Made by a program: the position numbers and the translations under genes. 64,000 nt of DNA from a bacterium. Lineage in GTDB: Bacteria > Patescibacteriota > Patescibacteriia > JAHIZJ01. The stretch is from contig JAUYLJ010000041.1 of assembly GCA_030699685.1 (NCBI GenBank), positions 6,241 to 70,240 of the forward strand, in the 5' to 3' direction. Below the pieces are notes generated by a model. That model worked only from the letters and a program-made list of their open reading frames with translations, ran no database searches and was not told the DNA's origin. Below, in pieces: positions 20,101 to 29,662 of the stretch; position 1 is the stretch's first letter, and the number at the start of each line of letters is the position of its first letter.

Positions 20101-21483
20101 AACTTCAACATCTTCCACACTGAGGACACCAAGCCTATCAACTACGCCTGGGATTTCTCGGCTCTCGACAGCAACCAAGCGCTGGTTGAGAACTTCAACC
20201 AGAATGTCAACATCTGCATCCCGTACGACCAGGAACTGCTGGATGAACTCGGCAAAGACGAGACGAATATCGTCGCGAAATACTTTGACGACCAGACCGG
20301 AACCTGGAAGCTCCCAACCGGAGTAACGCAGGATACCGAAGCGAACAAGGTCTGCTTCTCAGTCAATCACTTTACCGACTTCGCCCTAGCCAGTTCGGCC
20401 GGCGTCGGCGGTACATCGGTAAATAACTACGACGTGATGGTCACCCCGCTTTCGGGCGGTGGGCCCCAGGTCATCCTGGCTGACGAAAACGGCAGTCTCC
20501 TGGCTAACTTCTTCGCCTACAGCTCCGCTCTACGCATCGGCGTCCAGTCAGTCACGGCGGACGTGGACAGCGACGGAGAATACGAGATTATCACTGCGCC
20601 GGGCGCGGGCGCCGGACCGCAGGTGCGGGTCTTCGATCACCAAGGACAGATCAAAACGCAATTCTTCGCCTATGGTGAAGGTGTCCGCTCCGGCATCAAC
20701 GTAACCGCGGCTGATCTGGACGGCGACGGCACGGCTGAAATAATCACCTCTCCCATGGCGGGAGCCGGACCGCAGGTGCGGGTCTTTGACGCGGACGGCA
20801 ACGCGCTCAGTCAATTCTTCGCCTACGCTGAAACTTATCGCGGCGGCCTCTCCGTGGCCACAGGCGACGTAGACGGCGATGGAGTGGATGAGATTGTCAC
20901 TGCTCCGTACAGCGACGCGGGACCCCAGATCGGCATCTTCGAAATGGACGGCACGGCTGTTACCCGATTCTTCGCCTATGCTGAGAATGTACGCGGCGGC
21001 TACAACGTGGTCGTCGGCGACGTGGACGGCGATGGCACCGCTGACATCGTAGTCAGCCCGAAAGCTGGTAACGGCCCGCAAGTAGCCATCTTCAATGGCA
21101 ACGGCGATTCGATGAACCGATTCTTCGCCTATGCTGAGACATTCCGCGGCGGCATCTTCGCCTCGGTTGGCGATGTAGATGGCGATGGGGACAATGATAT
21201 TGTGGTCAGCCCCGAATCCGGAGCCGGCCCGCAAATCCGCGTCTTTGATAACAGCGGATCAGTCCTGTCGCAGTTCTGGGCCTATGCTTCCCACCTTCGG
21301 GGCAACTTCACCTCCTTTGTCGCCGACTTAAACGGCGACAGCACGGTGGAAATCGTCACCGCTCCGGGCGCGGGTATGGGACCGCAGGTGCGAACCTTCG
21401 ACCAGAACGGAAACGCCCTGTCGCAGTTCTTCTCGCACCACACGGGCTTCCGCGGCGGCATCACGATCATGAAAGCCCTCTAG
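17182..21483 (+). CDS. large secreted surface protein: tandem carboxypeptidase-regulatory-like beta-sandwich domains plus C-terminal FG-GAP/VCBS repeats
   Basis: signal peptide (APSAQA); repeated 'GxVxxxxGxP' beta-sandwich units; several DVDGDG...PGAGAGPQVRVFD...FFAY...RGG repeats. Confidence 0.8.
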   Translation: MKTVCFRKARLLSLGLVALALILAAPSAQAIEQDPYISAVTSVTPASTTLGATTTYTFVFTIGTSPGQPANLNFHINGYGFCENWEACQPDFNNASLVSGISGEFQAFGNGFSVSSNSWNTGEYTVVISGVRNPLQAPGHYRAQGRLGTGDDGGENPPSTVSSPFFFGSGKVVKGTITVPGGAPASQSGVNIRSADFSYNSGGGTDEYGFYAFSGSGLVVGQNYFIEAWPSPEQSGYVAPDPAQITWNNATQTVNLQLQVATKTISGRVRYQDGSPVTSGGEVNAWKPSGGGGTNAVIASDGTYELALSGGNWELNLNAGWDQENNQPRQVDWVYNQPQTQVTFANNSSEETRTINFNVTKTDAVARGKVLMPNGQPLQGGSIEARGNTEGPGYHTGINGQDGSFTLNLNAGTYKLNVWPDQSNPDMARFFLPEVTFTVVLDENKNLGTLTMDEKTSRVTGEITLENGEPISDFRVNCWQTNGGFGWGEGRTNSNGVYSVWVSPGEWECDIDRHGGTEYILAESRPFRTYRIEEDQTVSDINFVLKRADASLEVKFVDTDGNAVTDVWGWAFARKQGGGFGPGSEFGSNLDRGTATIPLLGGDTYVVGMHLPPGEASLLLREEVTIEVPEGATVQIKLTGVEPNATIRVLLQDQNGQLIENENAEINAGSDEGGSWFNARLNPDGSANIGVLGGKRYFVGYWFHNNDEFVQTHPNQAPFTVPVGETVTKVLTAYRADSQVTAELLDPEGNEVPFGFVWCSDFKEKEDKVQGDFEGGSVIDAGGEIRDGVANIPLVAGTYTCGAGTGPDAQSTWMPPKEVSDVTVAPGSPAEITLQFREADATLSGSVTLPDGNNPPFGWCHAFSNDGNFSGGEVFDGQTTIPLTEGTWFIGCDTHTTDGFYRSDDTIVTVVKGKNLTQDFTLVKQRFDIPEGLTTRFSATSQKTLTLPDGTEVTIPANAFSNEDEEVTFIATPNFNIFHTEDTKPINYAWDFSALDSNQALVENFNQNVNICIPYDQELLDELGKDETNIVAKYFDDQTGTWKLPTGVTQDTEANKVCFSVNHFTDFALASSAGVGGTSVNNYDVMVTPLSGGGPQVILADENGSLLANFFAYSSALRIGVQSVTADVDSDGEYEIITAPGAGAGPQVRVFDHQGQIKTQFFAYGEGVRSGINVTAADLDGDGTAEIITSPMAGAGPQVRVFDADGNALSQFFAYAETYRGGLSVATGDVDGDGVDEIVTAPYSDAGPQIGIFEMDGTAVTRFFAYAENVRGGYNVVVGDVDGDGTADIVVSPKAGNGPQVAIFNGNGDSMNRFFAYAETFRGGIFASVGDVDGDGDNDIVVSPESGAGPQIRVFDNSGSVLSQFWAYASHLRGNFTSFVADLNGDSTVEIVTAPGAGMGPQVRTFDQNGNALSQFFSHHTGFRGGITIMKAL

Positions 21484-21511
21484 AGCAACTTTCCCGATTC
21501 AATAGGGACGC

Positions 21512-21544
21512 GAAACCCCCGGCACGGCCAGTGTCGGGGTTTTG
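21512..21544 (+). terminator. intrinsic terminator
   Basis: CCCCGGCAC-GGCCA-GTGTCGGGG followed by TTTTG. Confidence 0.65.
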
Positions 21545-21567
21545 TGTTTGGGAATAAAAAATCCAGG

Positions 21568-21837
21568 CTAGACTTGGATGAAGACGCCTGGATTCACTTC
21601 CCATTCAGGATGGTCTTGAATGAGCTCTAGTAACTCCGTACGCCGCAGACCGTTTCGAGCGAAGGCTGACAGTATGGCGTTGGTACCGACGTGGGGATCA
21701 TCCGGCTTGGCGTGACAGAGTAAGCGGAGCAGGACGTCGGGCCGTTCTTTAGCCACCCAATCAAGTCGCCGGTCCACGCCATCCACTGTGATGATGATGC
21801 GTTGGCCCAGGGGGCGGCCGCGTTTGCGTCGACTCAT
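21568..21837 (-). CDS. small hypothetical protein (ORFan)
   Basis: GGAG SD before MSRRKRGRPLG; 89 aa. Confidence 0.5.
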   Translation of the reverse strand: MSRRKRGRPLGQRIIITVDGVDRRLDWVAKERPDVLLRLLCHAKPDDPHVGTNAILSAFARNGLRRTELLELIQDHPEWEVNPGVFIQV

Positions 21838-21979
21838 GATCGTCATCTCCTCTGTTGGCAAAGAATATACATGTATATAAAAGGGAGCTGTGAAAAATGT
21901 CAATAACGTATGCCAAGCCTGTTGATACATTATTCAACATAAACTTAATAAAGCCTCCGCACTATGCTACAATATCGTT

Positions 21980-22969
21980 ATGACCAAGAAACATACTGCC
22001 TTCTCAGGCATTCAGCCCTCCGGCACGCTCCACATTGGCAACTATCTCGGCGCGATTAAACAATGGCTGCCACTTCAAAACGACCACGATTGTATTTTCG
22101 CGGTTGTGGATTATCACGCCATCACCGTGCCCTACCAGCCAATAGATATGCGGGGTAGAATTTTGGACGCGGCACTCGACTATTTGGCCGCCGGACTCGA
22201 CCCTAAGAAAGTAACCTTGTTCGTTCAATCCCGCGTTCCGGAACACACTGAGCTGGCCTGGCTTTTATCGACCGTTACCCCGCTGAGTGAGCTCCACCGC
22301 ATGACGCAGTATAAAGAAAAAGCTGCTCAGTATTCTGCAGCGATTAACACCGGCCTGATCACATACCCCATCCTCATGGCCGCGGACATCTTACTCTACA
22401 ACACACACGTCGTCCCTGTCGGTGAAGACCAGGAACAGCACGTTGAGCTGACACGGACTATCGCGAGGAAATTTAACAAACGCTTTGGTGAAACATTTAC
22501 CGTTCCAAAAGTCCAGCTGACCGAAGCTAAGCGCGTGATGTCTCTGGCCGATCCGACCCGGAAAATGAGCAAATCGCTCGGCCCAAAGCACTACGTCGCT
22601 CTGACCGACGACGAAAAGACGATTCGCGCCAAAGTCGCCAAAGCTGTCACTGACATTGGTGGGACCCCCCAAGGCGAGCTCAGCCCAGGCGTGAGAAATC
22701 TGTTCATGTTGCTAAAAGAGTTCGGACAGACTGCGGACTATCTCCGCTTCGAAAACGCCCATGCCGGGGGCACAATCAAATACTCCGAGCTGAAAGCAGC
22801 CGTGGCCGACGGGATCGTAAAGCATCTTACGCCGTTTCAAGAAAGACGCTCCGCTCTTGCCCGAGAACCAAAAAAAATCTGGGCGATACTCGAACACGGC
22901 GCTGAGCGAGCCCGACCAATCGCCCAAAAAACTATGGCACGGGTAAAACAAGCAATGGGGTTGATATAA
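21980..22969 (+). CDS. trpS: tryptophan--tRNA ligase
   Basis: FSGIQPSGTLHIGNYLGA, YPILMAADILLY, VPVGEDQ, KMSKS. Confidence 0.98.
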   Translation: MTKKHTAFSGIQPSGTLHIGNYLGAIKQWLPLQNDHDCIFAVVDYHAITVPYQPIDMRGRILDAALDYLAAGLDPKKVTLFVQSRVPEHTELAWLLSTVTPLSELHRMTQYKEKAAQYSAAINTGLITYPILMAADILLYNTHVVPVGEDQEQHVELTRTIARKFNKRFGETFTVPKVQLTEAKRVMSLADPTRKMSKSLGPKHYVALTDDEKTIRAKVAKAVTDIGGTPQGELSPGVRNLFMLLKEFGQTADYLRFENAHAGGTIKYSELKAAVADGIVKHLTPFQERRSALAREPKKIWAILEHGAERARPIAQKTMARVKQAMGLI

Positions 22970-23147
22970 GCATTTGTTCGTCACTTCGACCGAAGTCGAA
23001 AAATCTCTTTCAGGAATTTTAAGATTTTTACATTTAGCTCCAAGTCAGTCGAAATAACATCCCCCTTGCCATAAATTCACGCCTATGCTACACATGATGG
23101 CATAGAACCTTGTATTTTTCCCGACGCCCAGAGAGGAGGGACGTGCA

Positions 23148-23441
23148 ATGTCAGGACTCGCTGTGAGTTTTCCTGTTCGATTCACACTCAACGATCAAAC
23201 CAGGCCTTGGCACCATCAGATCGCCGTGACCGTGCGTTCCGGAGGCAGCAGTCACACGATCATCGGCGTCCGTCTCTCAGGCCGACACGAAAGAAACCTG
23301 AGGGTTCTAGCCCCTCAACGCCACTCAGACCACCTGCCCGATGGATGGAAGAGGTCGTGGCCCAACCCTGACTTCGTCCATCTCGCGATTCCTCGCAACT
23401 CTATCGTGGGCCAGCCGATCGATCGCACCTATTCCACATGA
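23148..23441 (+). CDS. hypothetical protein (ORFan)
   Basis: GAGGAGGG SD, TTGCCA...TACACA promoter-like sequence; 97 aa. Confidence 0.45.
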   Translation: MSGLAVSFPVRFTLNDQTRPWHHQIAVTVRSGGSSHTIIGVRLSGRHERNLRVLAPQRHSDHLPDGWKRSWPNPDFVHLAIPRNSIVGQPIDRTYST

Positions 23442-23467
23442 CCGAACCGTGCTAATACGGTTCTTTT

Positions 23468-24256
23468 TTATTCCAATAGGTGCTTCCGCAACACTATACG
23501 ACGTTCCAGCCACCGTTCGGCATTAAGCTTGTTTTTATCCGTCACGTCGCTGAGGTAGAAACGATCTTCGCCATCGCGCGCCAGCTCCGCTTCGAATCCC
23601 TGATGGTCCAGCAAATATTGCTTGACTTGGGAAGCGACAGTTTCCGCCGGATCAACCAGCCGTACGCGCTTCCCTATTACCTGCTGGATCACCTGGCGCA
23701 TAATCGGATAGTGCGTGCAGGCCAGCACTAAGGTATCGATCTGTTTGAGCTTAAGCGGCCGCAAATAACGTTTGGCGATTATCTTGGTTTCCGACCTTTT
23801 CATCCAATTCTCCTCCACCAGCGGCACAAACAAGGGGCAAGCTTGAGTTTCCACGTGGATGTCACGGTTTCGGGAACGCAGACCATTCTGAAACACCTGA
23901 CTGGCTATCGTCGCGCTGGTGCCGATCACGCCAATCCGGTTTTTGGTTGTCACTGCCAAAGCCTGGCGAATGGCCGGCTGTGTAACTTCAAAGACAGGAA
24001 CCGGTAATTCACGTTTGAGAATTTCCGCCGCGACCGACGATGCGGTGTGGCAGGCAATGATAATCATTTTTGCCCCTTGCTCAAGCAAGAAGCGCGCGTC
24101 CTGAAGCGCGTAGGTTGCCACGGTTTCAGGACTTTTGTTACCATAAGGCGTCCGGGCGGTATCGCCAAAATACACGAAACGATACTCAGGCAGCTGCCTC
24201 ATCACCTCTTTGACTACCGTCAAACCGCCTACCCCTGAATCAAATATTCCAATCAT
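23468..24256 (-). CDS. murI: glutamate racemase
   Basis: MIGIFDSGVGGLTV, GDTARTPYG, IACHTAS, LACTHYP. Confidence 0.97.
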   Translation of the reverse strand: MIGIFDSGVGGLTVVKEVMRQLPEYRFVYFGDTARTPYGNKSPETVATYALQDARFLLEQGAKMIIIACHTASSVAAEILKRELPVPVFEVTQPAIRQALAVTTKNRIGVIGTSATIASQVFQNGLRSRNRDIHVETQACPLFVPLVEENWMKRSETKIIAKRYLRPLKLKQIDTLVLACTHYPIMRQVIQQVIGKRVRLVDPAETVASQVKQYLLDHQGFEAELARDGEDRFYLSDVTDKNKLNAERWLERRIVLRKHLLE

Positions 24257-24894
24257 GTCAGACTATCAAAATTAAGCTGCTCCAGTGAGTCAAAAACAGC
24301 ATCGGCGGCTGAAAGTTTTTCTCGCGCGGTCGTATGCGTCACTGCCCAACACGCCAGTCCGGCGGCTTTGGCAGATTGAACTCCCGCCACCGTGTCTTCA
24401 ATAGCCAGACAATCTTCAACCGGTATTGCTAGCCTCTCAATTGTCTTTTGATATATTTCCGGATGGGGCTTTGAATGCGTAATATCGTCAGAAGAAACAA
24501 CCACGGAAAAATGCTTGAGAAAACCAAACTCTTCGTCCAGTGCTTCAAGCTGCCAGCGTTGAGAGCTGGTTGCTAGAGCAAGCGCGGCTACGCTCAAAGC
24601 GCGTTGCATCGTTTCATGCGCCTGAGGGAATAGGGTAATTTCTTTACCGATCAACTCTTGATACTTTCCCAGACTTTTTTCACGCACCAGCGGAACATTG
24701 ATATCCGGATACGCTTCCTGAAACGCGGTATATCCTTCTTGATGTGTCCGGCCTATGAAAAATTGCTGAAAAATATCCGGCGTCAGCTCAAACCCATGCG
24801 TTTCCCGCAGAATAACGCGCAAACCAGCCTCAATCGCCGTCTCGGAGTCCACCAGTACCCCATCCATGTCGAAAATAATGGCTCGTAAGATCAT
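24253..24894 (-). CDS. HAD-family phosphatase (beta-PGM/CbbY-like)
   Basis: FDMDGVLVDS, KPHPEIY, IEDTVAG. Confidence 0.9.
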   Translation of the reverse strand: MILRAIIFDMDGVLVDSETAIEAGLRVILRETHGFELTPDIFQQFFIGRTHQEGYTAFQEAYPDINVPLVREKSLGKYQELIGKEITLFPQAHETMQRALSVAALALATSSQRWQLEALDEEFGFLKHFSVVVSSDDITHSKPHPEIYQKTIERLAIPVEDCLAIEDTVAGVQSAKAAGLACWAVTHTTAREKLSAADAVFDSLEQLNFDSLT

Positions 24895-24930
24895 TAACTT
24901 GAAAAAACGCTACTATCAATGCGACTAGAA

Positions 24931-26358
24931 TTATTCCAGCGCGTCATGATTGACGTTGATTTTGTTTGACCAGTCAATCTCATCAAATTCGTGAAGTAGT
25001 TCATTAATGTACTGTTTCAACATGTCATACTGTGCCTGTTCTTGGGCTTCGAATTTGATCGTAAGATATGGGCCGTTCTGAGAATACCGCACAATAAACA
25101 TGCTGTCGGGTAAATCCAAGCGTACGCCGTCTCCGGCCCGCTCGTCATCAATTACTTCCGCTTCAGGGAATTTTTCTCGGAGAATCGGACCTAGTTCCTC
25201 CATCAAAGCCTCCTTTTTATCATCAGCGCAATAGAGCTTAATTTCCGGGCTGGAAATGTATTTCGGTAACTGTTGCAAAGCTTCGTTCAAGGTCAATCCG
25301 GTCCGGTCAAGGTAGTGGAGCAAGCGCATGGACGAATAGAGCCCATCGTCATGATTGTAAAAGTCGGCCGAGAAGAAGAAGTGTCCGGAAAGTTCGCCGA
25401 TCATCGCCGCCTTCACTTCTTGATTCTTTTTTTTCAAGAAAGAATGCCCCGTACGCCACATGAATGGTTCTCCGCCGTATTTCTCAATCGTTTCCGGAAC
25501 AACTTTTGAGCAAAGCGTGTTAAACATGATTTTCGCGCCAGGGTGATCTTTCAACACGTCTATGGCGAATAACGCGACCAGCACGTCATTCCAGATTATC
25601 GTTCCCTTTTCGTCAACGATTCCTATCCTGTCACCGTCAGGATCATAGGTAAAACCAATGTCCGCTTTTTCTTCCAGCACTTCTTTACTCAAGCGTTTTA
25701 CCAGTTCGTGTTCGGTGGGATCGGGCGTGCCAAAAGGGTGTTCAGGCTTCACTTCAGTGTACTTCTCTATCACTTCACAGCCAGCCTGACGAAGCAGATT
25801 TGGGGCGACGCTGCCTGAAGTTGAATAGCTGGAATCAACTACCACTTTGAATTTTTTCTTCAGCGGCAATCGTTTGATAATGTCATCGAAATACGCCTGC
25901 CTGATATCTTGCTGAGCCAGCTTTCCCGGTTGTTGACCCTGTTCATAATCTTCTTCCTGTACCATGCGTAAAATCTCCTTCATGCCGTCGGACACCAAGG
26001 TCTCGGAGTAGTCAATCGCGAATTTAAAACCGTTGTAATCAATAGGGTTATGGGAAGCTGAAACCATTGCCCCGCCCTTTTTCTGCAGGTAATATTGCGA
26101 CCAGTAAAATGTTCCGACCAGATTGAGCCCTATATCGACAACATCGATTCCGGCCCAGTTATATCCTTTAATTAAGGCATCAGAATACTCGGGACTGGTT
26201 GGACGAGCGTCATGGGCCACCACCGCTTCGGTTATTCCTTTTCGCTTCATGTAGGTTCCATGAGCGCGGCCAAGATGTTCGACAATCTCAGGATTCAAGT
26301 CTTTATCCACCAATCCGCGCAAGTCATAGGCACGGAACATTTCAGGATTTACTTTCAT
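24931..26358 (-). CDS. phosphomannomutase/phosphoglucomutase
   Basis: FRAYDLRG, SASHNP, DPDGDR, GELSGH. Confidence 0.93.
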   Translation of the reverse strand: MKVNPEMFRAYDLRGLVDKDLNPEIVEHLGRAHGTYMKRKGITEAVVAHDARPTSPEYSDALIKGYNWAGIDVVDIGLNLVGTFYWSQYYLQKKGGAMVSASHNPIDYNGFKFAIDYSETLVSDGMKEILRMVQEEDYEQGQQPGKLAQQDIRQAYFDDIIKRLPLKKKFKVVVDSSYSTSGSVAPNLLRQAGCEVIEKYTEVKPEHPFGTPDPTEHELVKRLSKEVLEEKADIGFTYDPDGDRIGIVDEKGTIIWNDVLVALFAIDVLKDHPGAKIMFNTLCSKVVPETIEKYGGEPFMWRTGHSFLKKKNQEVKAAMIGELSGHFFFSADFYNHDDGLYSSMRLLHYLDRTGLTLNEALQQLPKYISSPEIKLYCADDKKEALMEELGPILREKFPEAEVIDDERAGDGVRLDLPDSMFIVRYSQNGPYLTIKFEAQEQAQYDMLKQYINELLHEFDEIDWSNKINVNHDALE

Positions 26359-27728
26359 ATAGTCTCCTTGATAATTAATGTTTCACTCCGGCTCTGAAGC
26401 CATTGAGTTATTTCTTGTATTTTATCATTCAAAAGATTCTCATTTTTCGCTTCAAAAGTCAATCGAAGCAAAGGTTCCGTATTCGAAGGGCGGGCGTTGA
26501 ACCACCATTCGCCAAAATCAAAGGTCAACCCGTCAAGATCATCAACATAATTGGCCGCGTACGCCTCTTGCATGACAGCCAAAATTTCACTAATACCATC
26601 TAGCTCGACGTACCGTTCCTTGCGGAAATAGGGATTGAGTTCTCGAACCAGCTCCGACAAGGGCCGCTTGGATGATGAAATGATGTTGAGCAACAGCATT
26701 AGCGCGATCAAAGCCGAGTCGGCGTAATAATTATCACGGAAACTGTAGTGCGCCGATGTCTCTCCGCTGAACGCTCCATTATTGCCGCGAACCGTGGCTG
26801 AAAGATTGATGAAACCCACCGGTGATCGGAGAGGACGGCCTCCCCATTCCACAATTTTCTCTGGGACGATCTTGCTTGAAATAAGATTGTAGGCAATTCC
26901 GGCGCCCGGTTCCCGTCGCAGCCAATTCTTGGCCATCAGCAGCAAAGCGATATCACCGCGAACCAACTCGCCTTTCTCCGTCATCAGCAGCACGCGGTCG
27001 GCATCGCCGTCAAACAACACGCCAAAATCAGCCCTAGTCTCGGCAATGCGTTGCCTGATTTTTTTCTGCGATTCGGGCAGAAGCGGATTAGACGGTCGGT
27101 TGGGAAAATTCCCATCAAGTTCTAGGTACATGGCGTGCAGTTGAAACGGCAGACGCTCAAAAACTTTCGGGATGGTCACCCCGGCCATGCCGTTTCCAGC
27201 GTCAACCACTACCGTCAGCGGTTTCATCACTGAAAGGTCGGCAAAACTAAGGACATAATCGATGTATTCTTCAAGTACTTTGTGTTGGCCGCGTTTTCCC
27301 TTCTTAAGCACTACAGCATAATTATCTTTTTCAACAAGCTCGTATAGATGCTTTCCTGGTATCATCTTGACGTCGCGATCAACCATGCGAAGCCCGTTGT
27401 ACTCTTTCGGATTGTGCGACGCGGTCACCATCAATCCGCCATCATAGCCGTACCTTCCTACGGCAAAATACATCGCTTCGCTAGGAATCAAACCGAGGTC
27501 GTCCACGTCGACGCCTTGATCAAGCAAGCCCTTCATTATGGCCTGGTGGAGTTCTTGAGAAGTGATTCTCGCGTCACGCCCCAACACTACCTTCTTTGCC
27601 CGCGTCAATTGAGCAAAAGCCCGGCCGATCTTCTCAGCCGTTTCGGTGTCGAATTCTTCCGGCGCCAGACCGCGAATATCATACGATCGGAAGATTGCCG
27701 GAATAACGTTTCGAGGTGCCCTTGTCAT
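26355..27728 (-). CDS. phosphomannomutase/phosphoglucomutase (second paralog; start may be 27752)
   Basis: FRSYDIRG, TASHNP, DGDADR, GETSAH, RPSNTEPLLRL. Confidence 0.93.
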   Translation of the reverse strand: MTRAPRNVIPAIFRSYDIRGLAPEEFDTETAEKIGRAFAQLTRAKKVVLGRDARITSQELHQAIMKGLLDQGVDVDDLGLIPSEAMYFAVGRYGYDGGLMVTASHNPKEYNGLRMVDRDVKMIPGKHLYELVEKDNYAVVLKKGKRGQHKVLEEYIDYVLSFADLSVMKPLTVVVDAGNGMAGVTIPKVFERLPFQLHAMYLELDGNFPNRPSNPLLPESQKKIRQRIAETRADFGVLFDGDADRVLLMTEKGELVRGDIALLLMAKNWLRREPGAGIAYNLISSKIVPEKIVEWGGRPLRSPVGFINLSATVRGNNGAFSGETSAHYSFRDNYYADSALIALMLLLNIISSSKRPLSELVRELNPYFRKERYVELDGISEILAVMQEAYAANYVDDLDGLTFDFGEWWFNARPSNTEPLLRLTFEAKNENLLNDKIQEITQWLQSRSETLIIKETI

Positions 27729-27735
27729 CCTCTGT

Positions 27736-28896
27736 TCAACTTTTTTTATCACTGGCCGACCGGTTCAGCTGGCGGAGATCCCCGAAGAGTACCTGGATCA
27801 TGCTACTCAGTGACCAAAAGATACCGGCCAAGAAAATAAGCCAGCCCACGTAGGGCAGCCAGGTGAGCATGGCAAAAATCGTCACCCCGACGATGAGGGG
27901 AAGCAAGGGCGTCATTTTCCTACCTTTCCAAAAAAGACCGACCAGCCACTGACCGAGCATCAGCCCGATATACACTCTTGAAAGATAGATGACCACGAAG
28001 TACCCAAGCAATGTGATAATCCCAAGCGGAATACCAATCAGCGAAATACACAGCACCATCACTCCCAAGGGTACGCCCAAGAAAACTACGATTCCCCAGC
28101 CTATCCTGGCAAAAGGGTTGTTTTGCATTTTAGTGACCACTTTATCGACGCTTTTCGGAACCAGCGCCACCAGCAACAGACCAATGAGAATCAGACTGAG
28201 AATAGACAGTATTCTGGCCATAGTGCTTCCGCCGGTTAGCCAGCTCTCTAGATCAGTTTCGCGACTTTCTGCCGGTGTATGAGTGATCAGCCCCGAGACC
28301 TGCCCATCTTCGATACTGACCTCGGTATCAGAAGTATAGTCCAGGCTGCCGCCTATTTCAGCGCTCGAAAGTATCTTGAAATCACTGCCGCGCACCGCAA
28401 CCACGGCGTTATTTCCAACTGAGCTGGCCATAGTCAGTCCGAGCGAGCGGCCATTCAGGTTGCCATAGACCGGGCCTTCCAAAGTTGCGCTCCAGGCCAG
28501 ATATCCCATACTCCATCCGACTGACCCGTTTTCCGCGACACGCAAAGTATTGGCGGCGATCGTGGCATTCTTAGCCACCGGACCCTCGATCAGCACATCG
28601 CCGCTGACGATACGCACACTACCTAAAACGGCTCCAGTGATACGAACGTGTCCGGCCGCGATCAAAGCGTCGCCATTGACCGTTCCGCTGATCGTGACAG
28701 TGCCGCCGGCCGCGATCACGTCACCTTCCACATTCCCGTCGATCCTGATGCTGTCCGCGAAAGACACAAAATTATCCGCTATGGTTTCGGACTCGGCTAC
28801 GTGGATATTTTTTTCTATCGCCGCCCATGTGGCAATCGGCACGATCAGTATTGCCGCGCTTATTATGAAAATTTTGCTCAATTGCTTTCGCGTCAT
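27736..28896 (-). CDS. membrane protein with bactofilin-like (polymer-forming) beta-helical repeats and C-terminal TM domain
   Basis: repeats of IDGNVEGDVIAAGGTVTISGTVNGDALIAAG, then about five TM helices. Confidence 0.75.
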   Translation of the reverse strand: MTRKQLSKIFIISAAILIVPIATWAAIEKNIHVAESETIADNFVSFADSIRIDGNVEGDVIAAGGTVTISGTVNGDALIAAGHVRITGAVLGSVRIVSGDVLIEGPVAKNATIAANTLRVAENGSVGWSMGYLAWSATLEGPVYGNLNGRSLGLTMASSVGNNAVVAVRGSDFKILSSAEIGGSLDYTSDTEVSIEDGQVSGLITHTPAESRETDLESWLTGGSTMARILSILSLILIGLLLVALVPKSVDKVVTKMQNNPFARIGWGIVVFLGVPLGVMVLCISLIGIPLGIITLLGYFVVIYLSRVYIGLMLGQWLVGLFWKGRKMTPLLPLIVGVTIFAMLTWLPYVGWLIFLAGIFWSLSSMIQVLFGDLRQLNRSASDKKS

Positions 28897-28954
28897 AGGA
28901 TCCGTGTATAATTTCAATACGATAATAATAGCAAAAACGCGAACATTTTTCCAG

Positions 28955-29662
28955 CTATTCTTTTCGCGCGATCACGACGAAGTTATCACTCCGGCCATGC
29001 GAATGCTCCACCCCACCGCTGATCCAGCTCCTGGCAACGGCAAAGCCTCCATCTTCAATCAAGGTTCGCAGTTCCCTTTCTTGAAAAGCGTGATAGTAGC
29101 GGTCGACGCCCAGCCGTTTCCAGGGAACAAGAATGTCATCATGATCCAACTTACTCATGCCCAGGCCCTGCCGCAGGTTCGCCCAAACAATTTTCCATCG
29201 CCTGCTGGTATGCAGATTCCAGACTGTGAGGAACAGACGGCCAGGGGACTTCAGCACCCGGTGCATTTCCCGAATGGCTTGCAGACGAAGTTCCCGCGAA
29301 GGAATCTGATGAATCACCGCGATGGAAAAAACACAATCAAAACTCCCATCCGGAAAAGGCATATGAAGCACTTCACCGACTTCAAAACGAAACCGGGGGA
29401 ACAGCTTTCTGGCGTTTTCAATCAGACGAGAACTGGCGTCAATTCCCAGGTACTCGACCTTTACTCCGTCGAGTATTTTCGTTATCCTGCCGTTACCGCA
29501 ACCGGCATCCAGGATACGGTCTTCCGGCCGTATCAGCGCCCGAAACTCATCGAATTCCGGCCAATACATCTCCCGCGAACGCGTATCGGAAAATTGATCC
29601 GCGATAATCTGATAATCATTGCGAACCTTGCGGAGAAGCAGTTGAGCATAATCACGATCCAT
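28955..29662 (-). CDS. class I SAM methyltransferase, Trm9/ALKBH8-like
   Basis: YQIIADQFSDTR, LDAGCGNGR, SIAVIHQIPSRELR, LTVW and RYYHAF match Trm9/ALKBH8 methyltransferase motifs (recalled). Confidence 0.8.
   Translation of the reverse strand: MDRDYAQLLLRKVRNDYQIIADQFSDTRSREMYWPEFDEFRALIRPEDRILDAGCGNGRITKILDGVKVEYLGIDASSRLIENARKLFPRFRFEVGEVLHMPFPDGSFDCVFSIAVIHQIPSRELRLQAIREMHRVLKSPGRLFLTVWNLHTSRRWKIVWANLRQGLGMSKLDHDDILVPWKRLGVDRYYHAFQERELRTLIEDGGFAVARSWISGGVEHSHGRSDNFVVIARKE

Noticed and set aside
20440-21480. Regularly spaced DNA repeats as a possible CRISPR array or DGR template
   Set aside because: They are in-frame FG-GAP coding repeats; no cas or reverse transcriptase gene and no adenine-specific variation.
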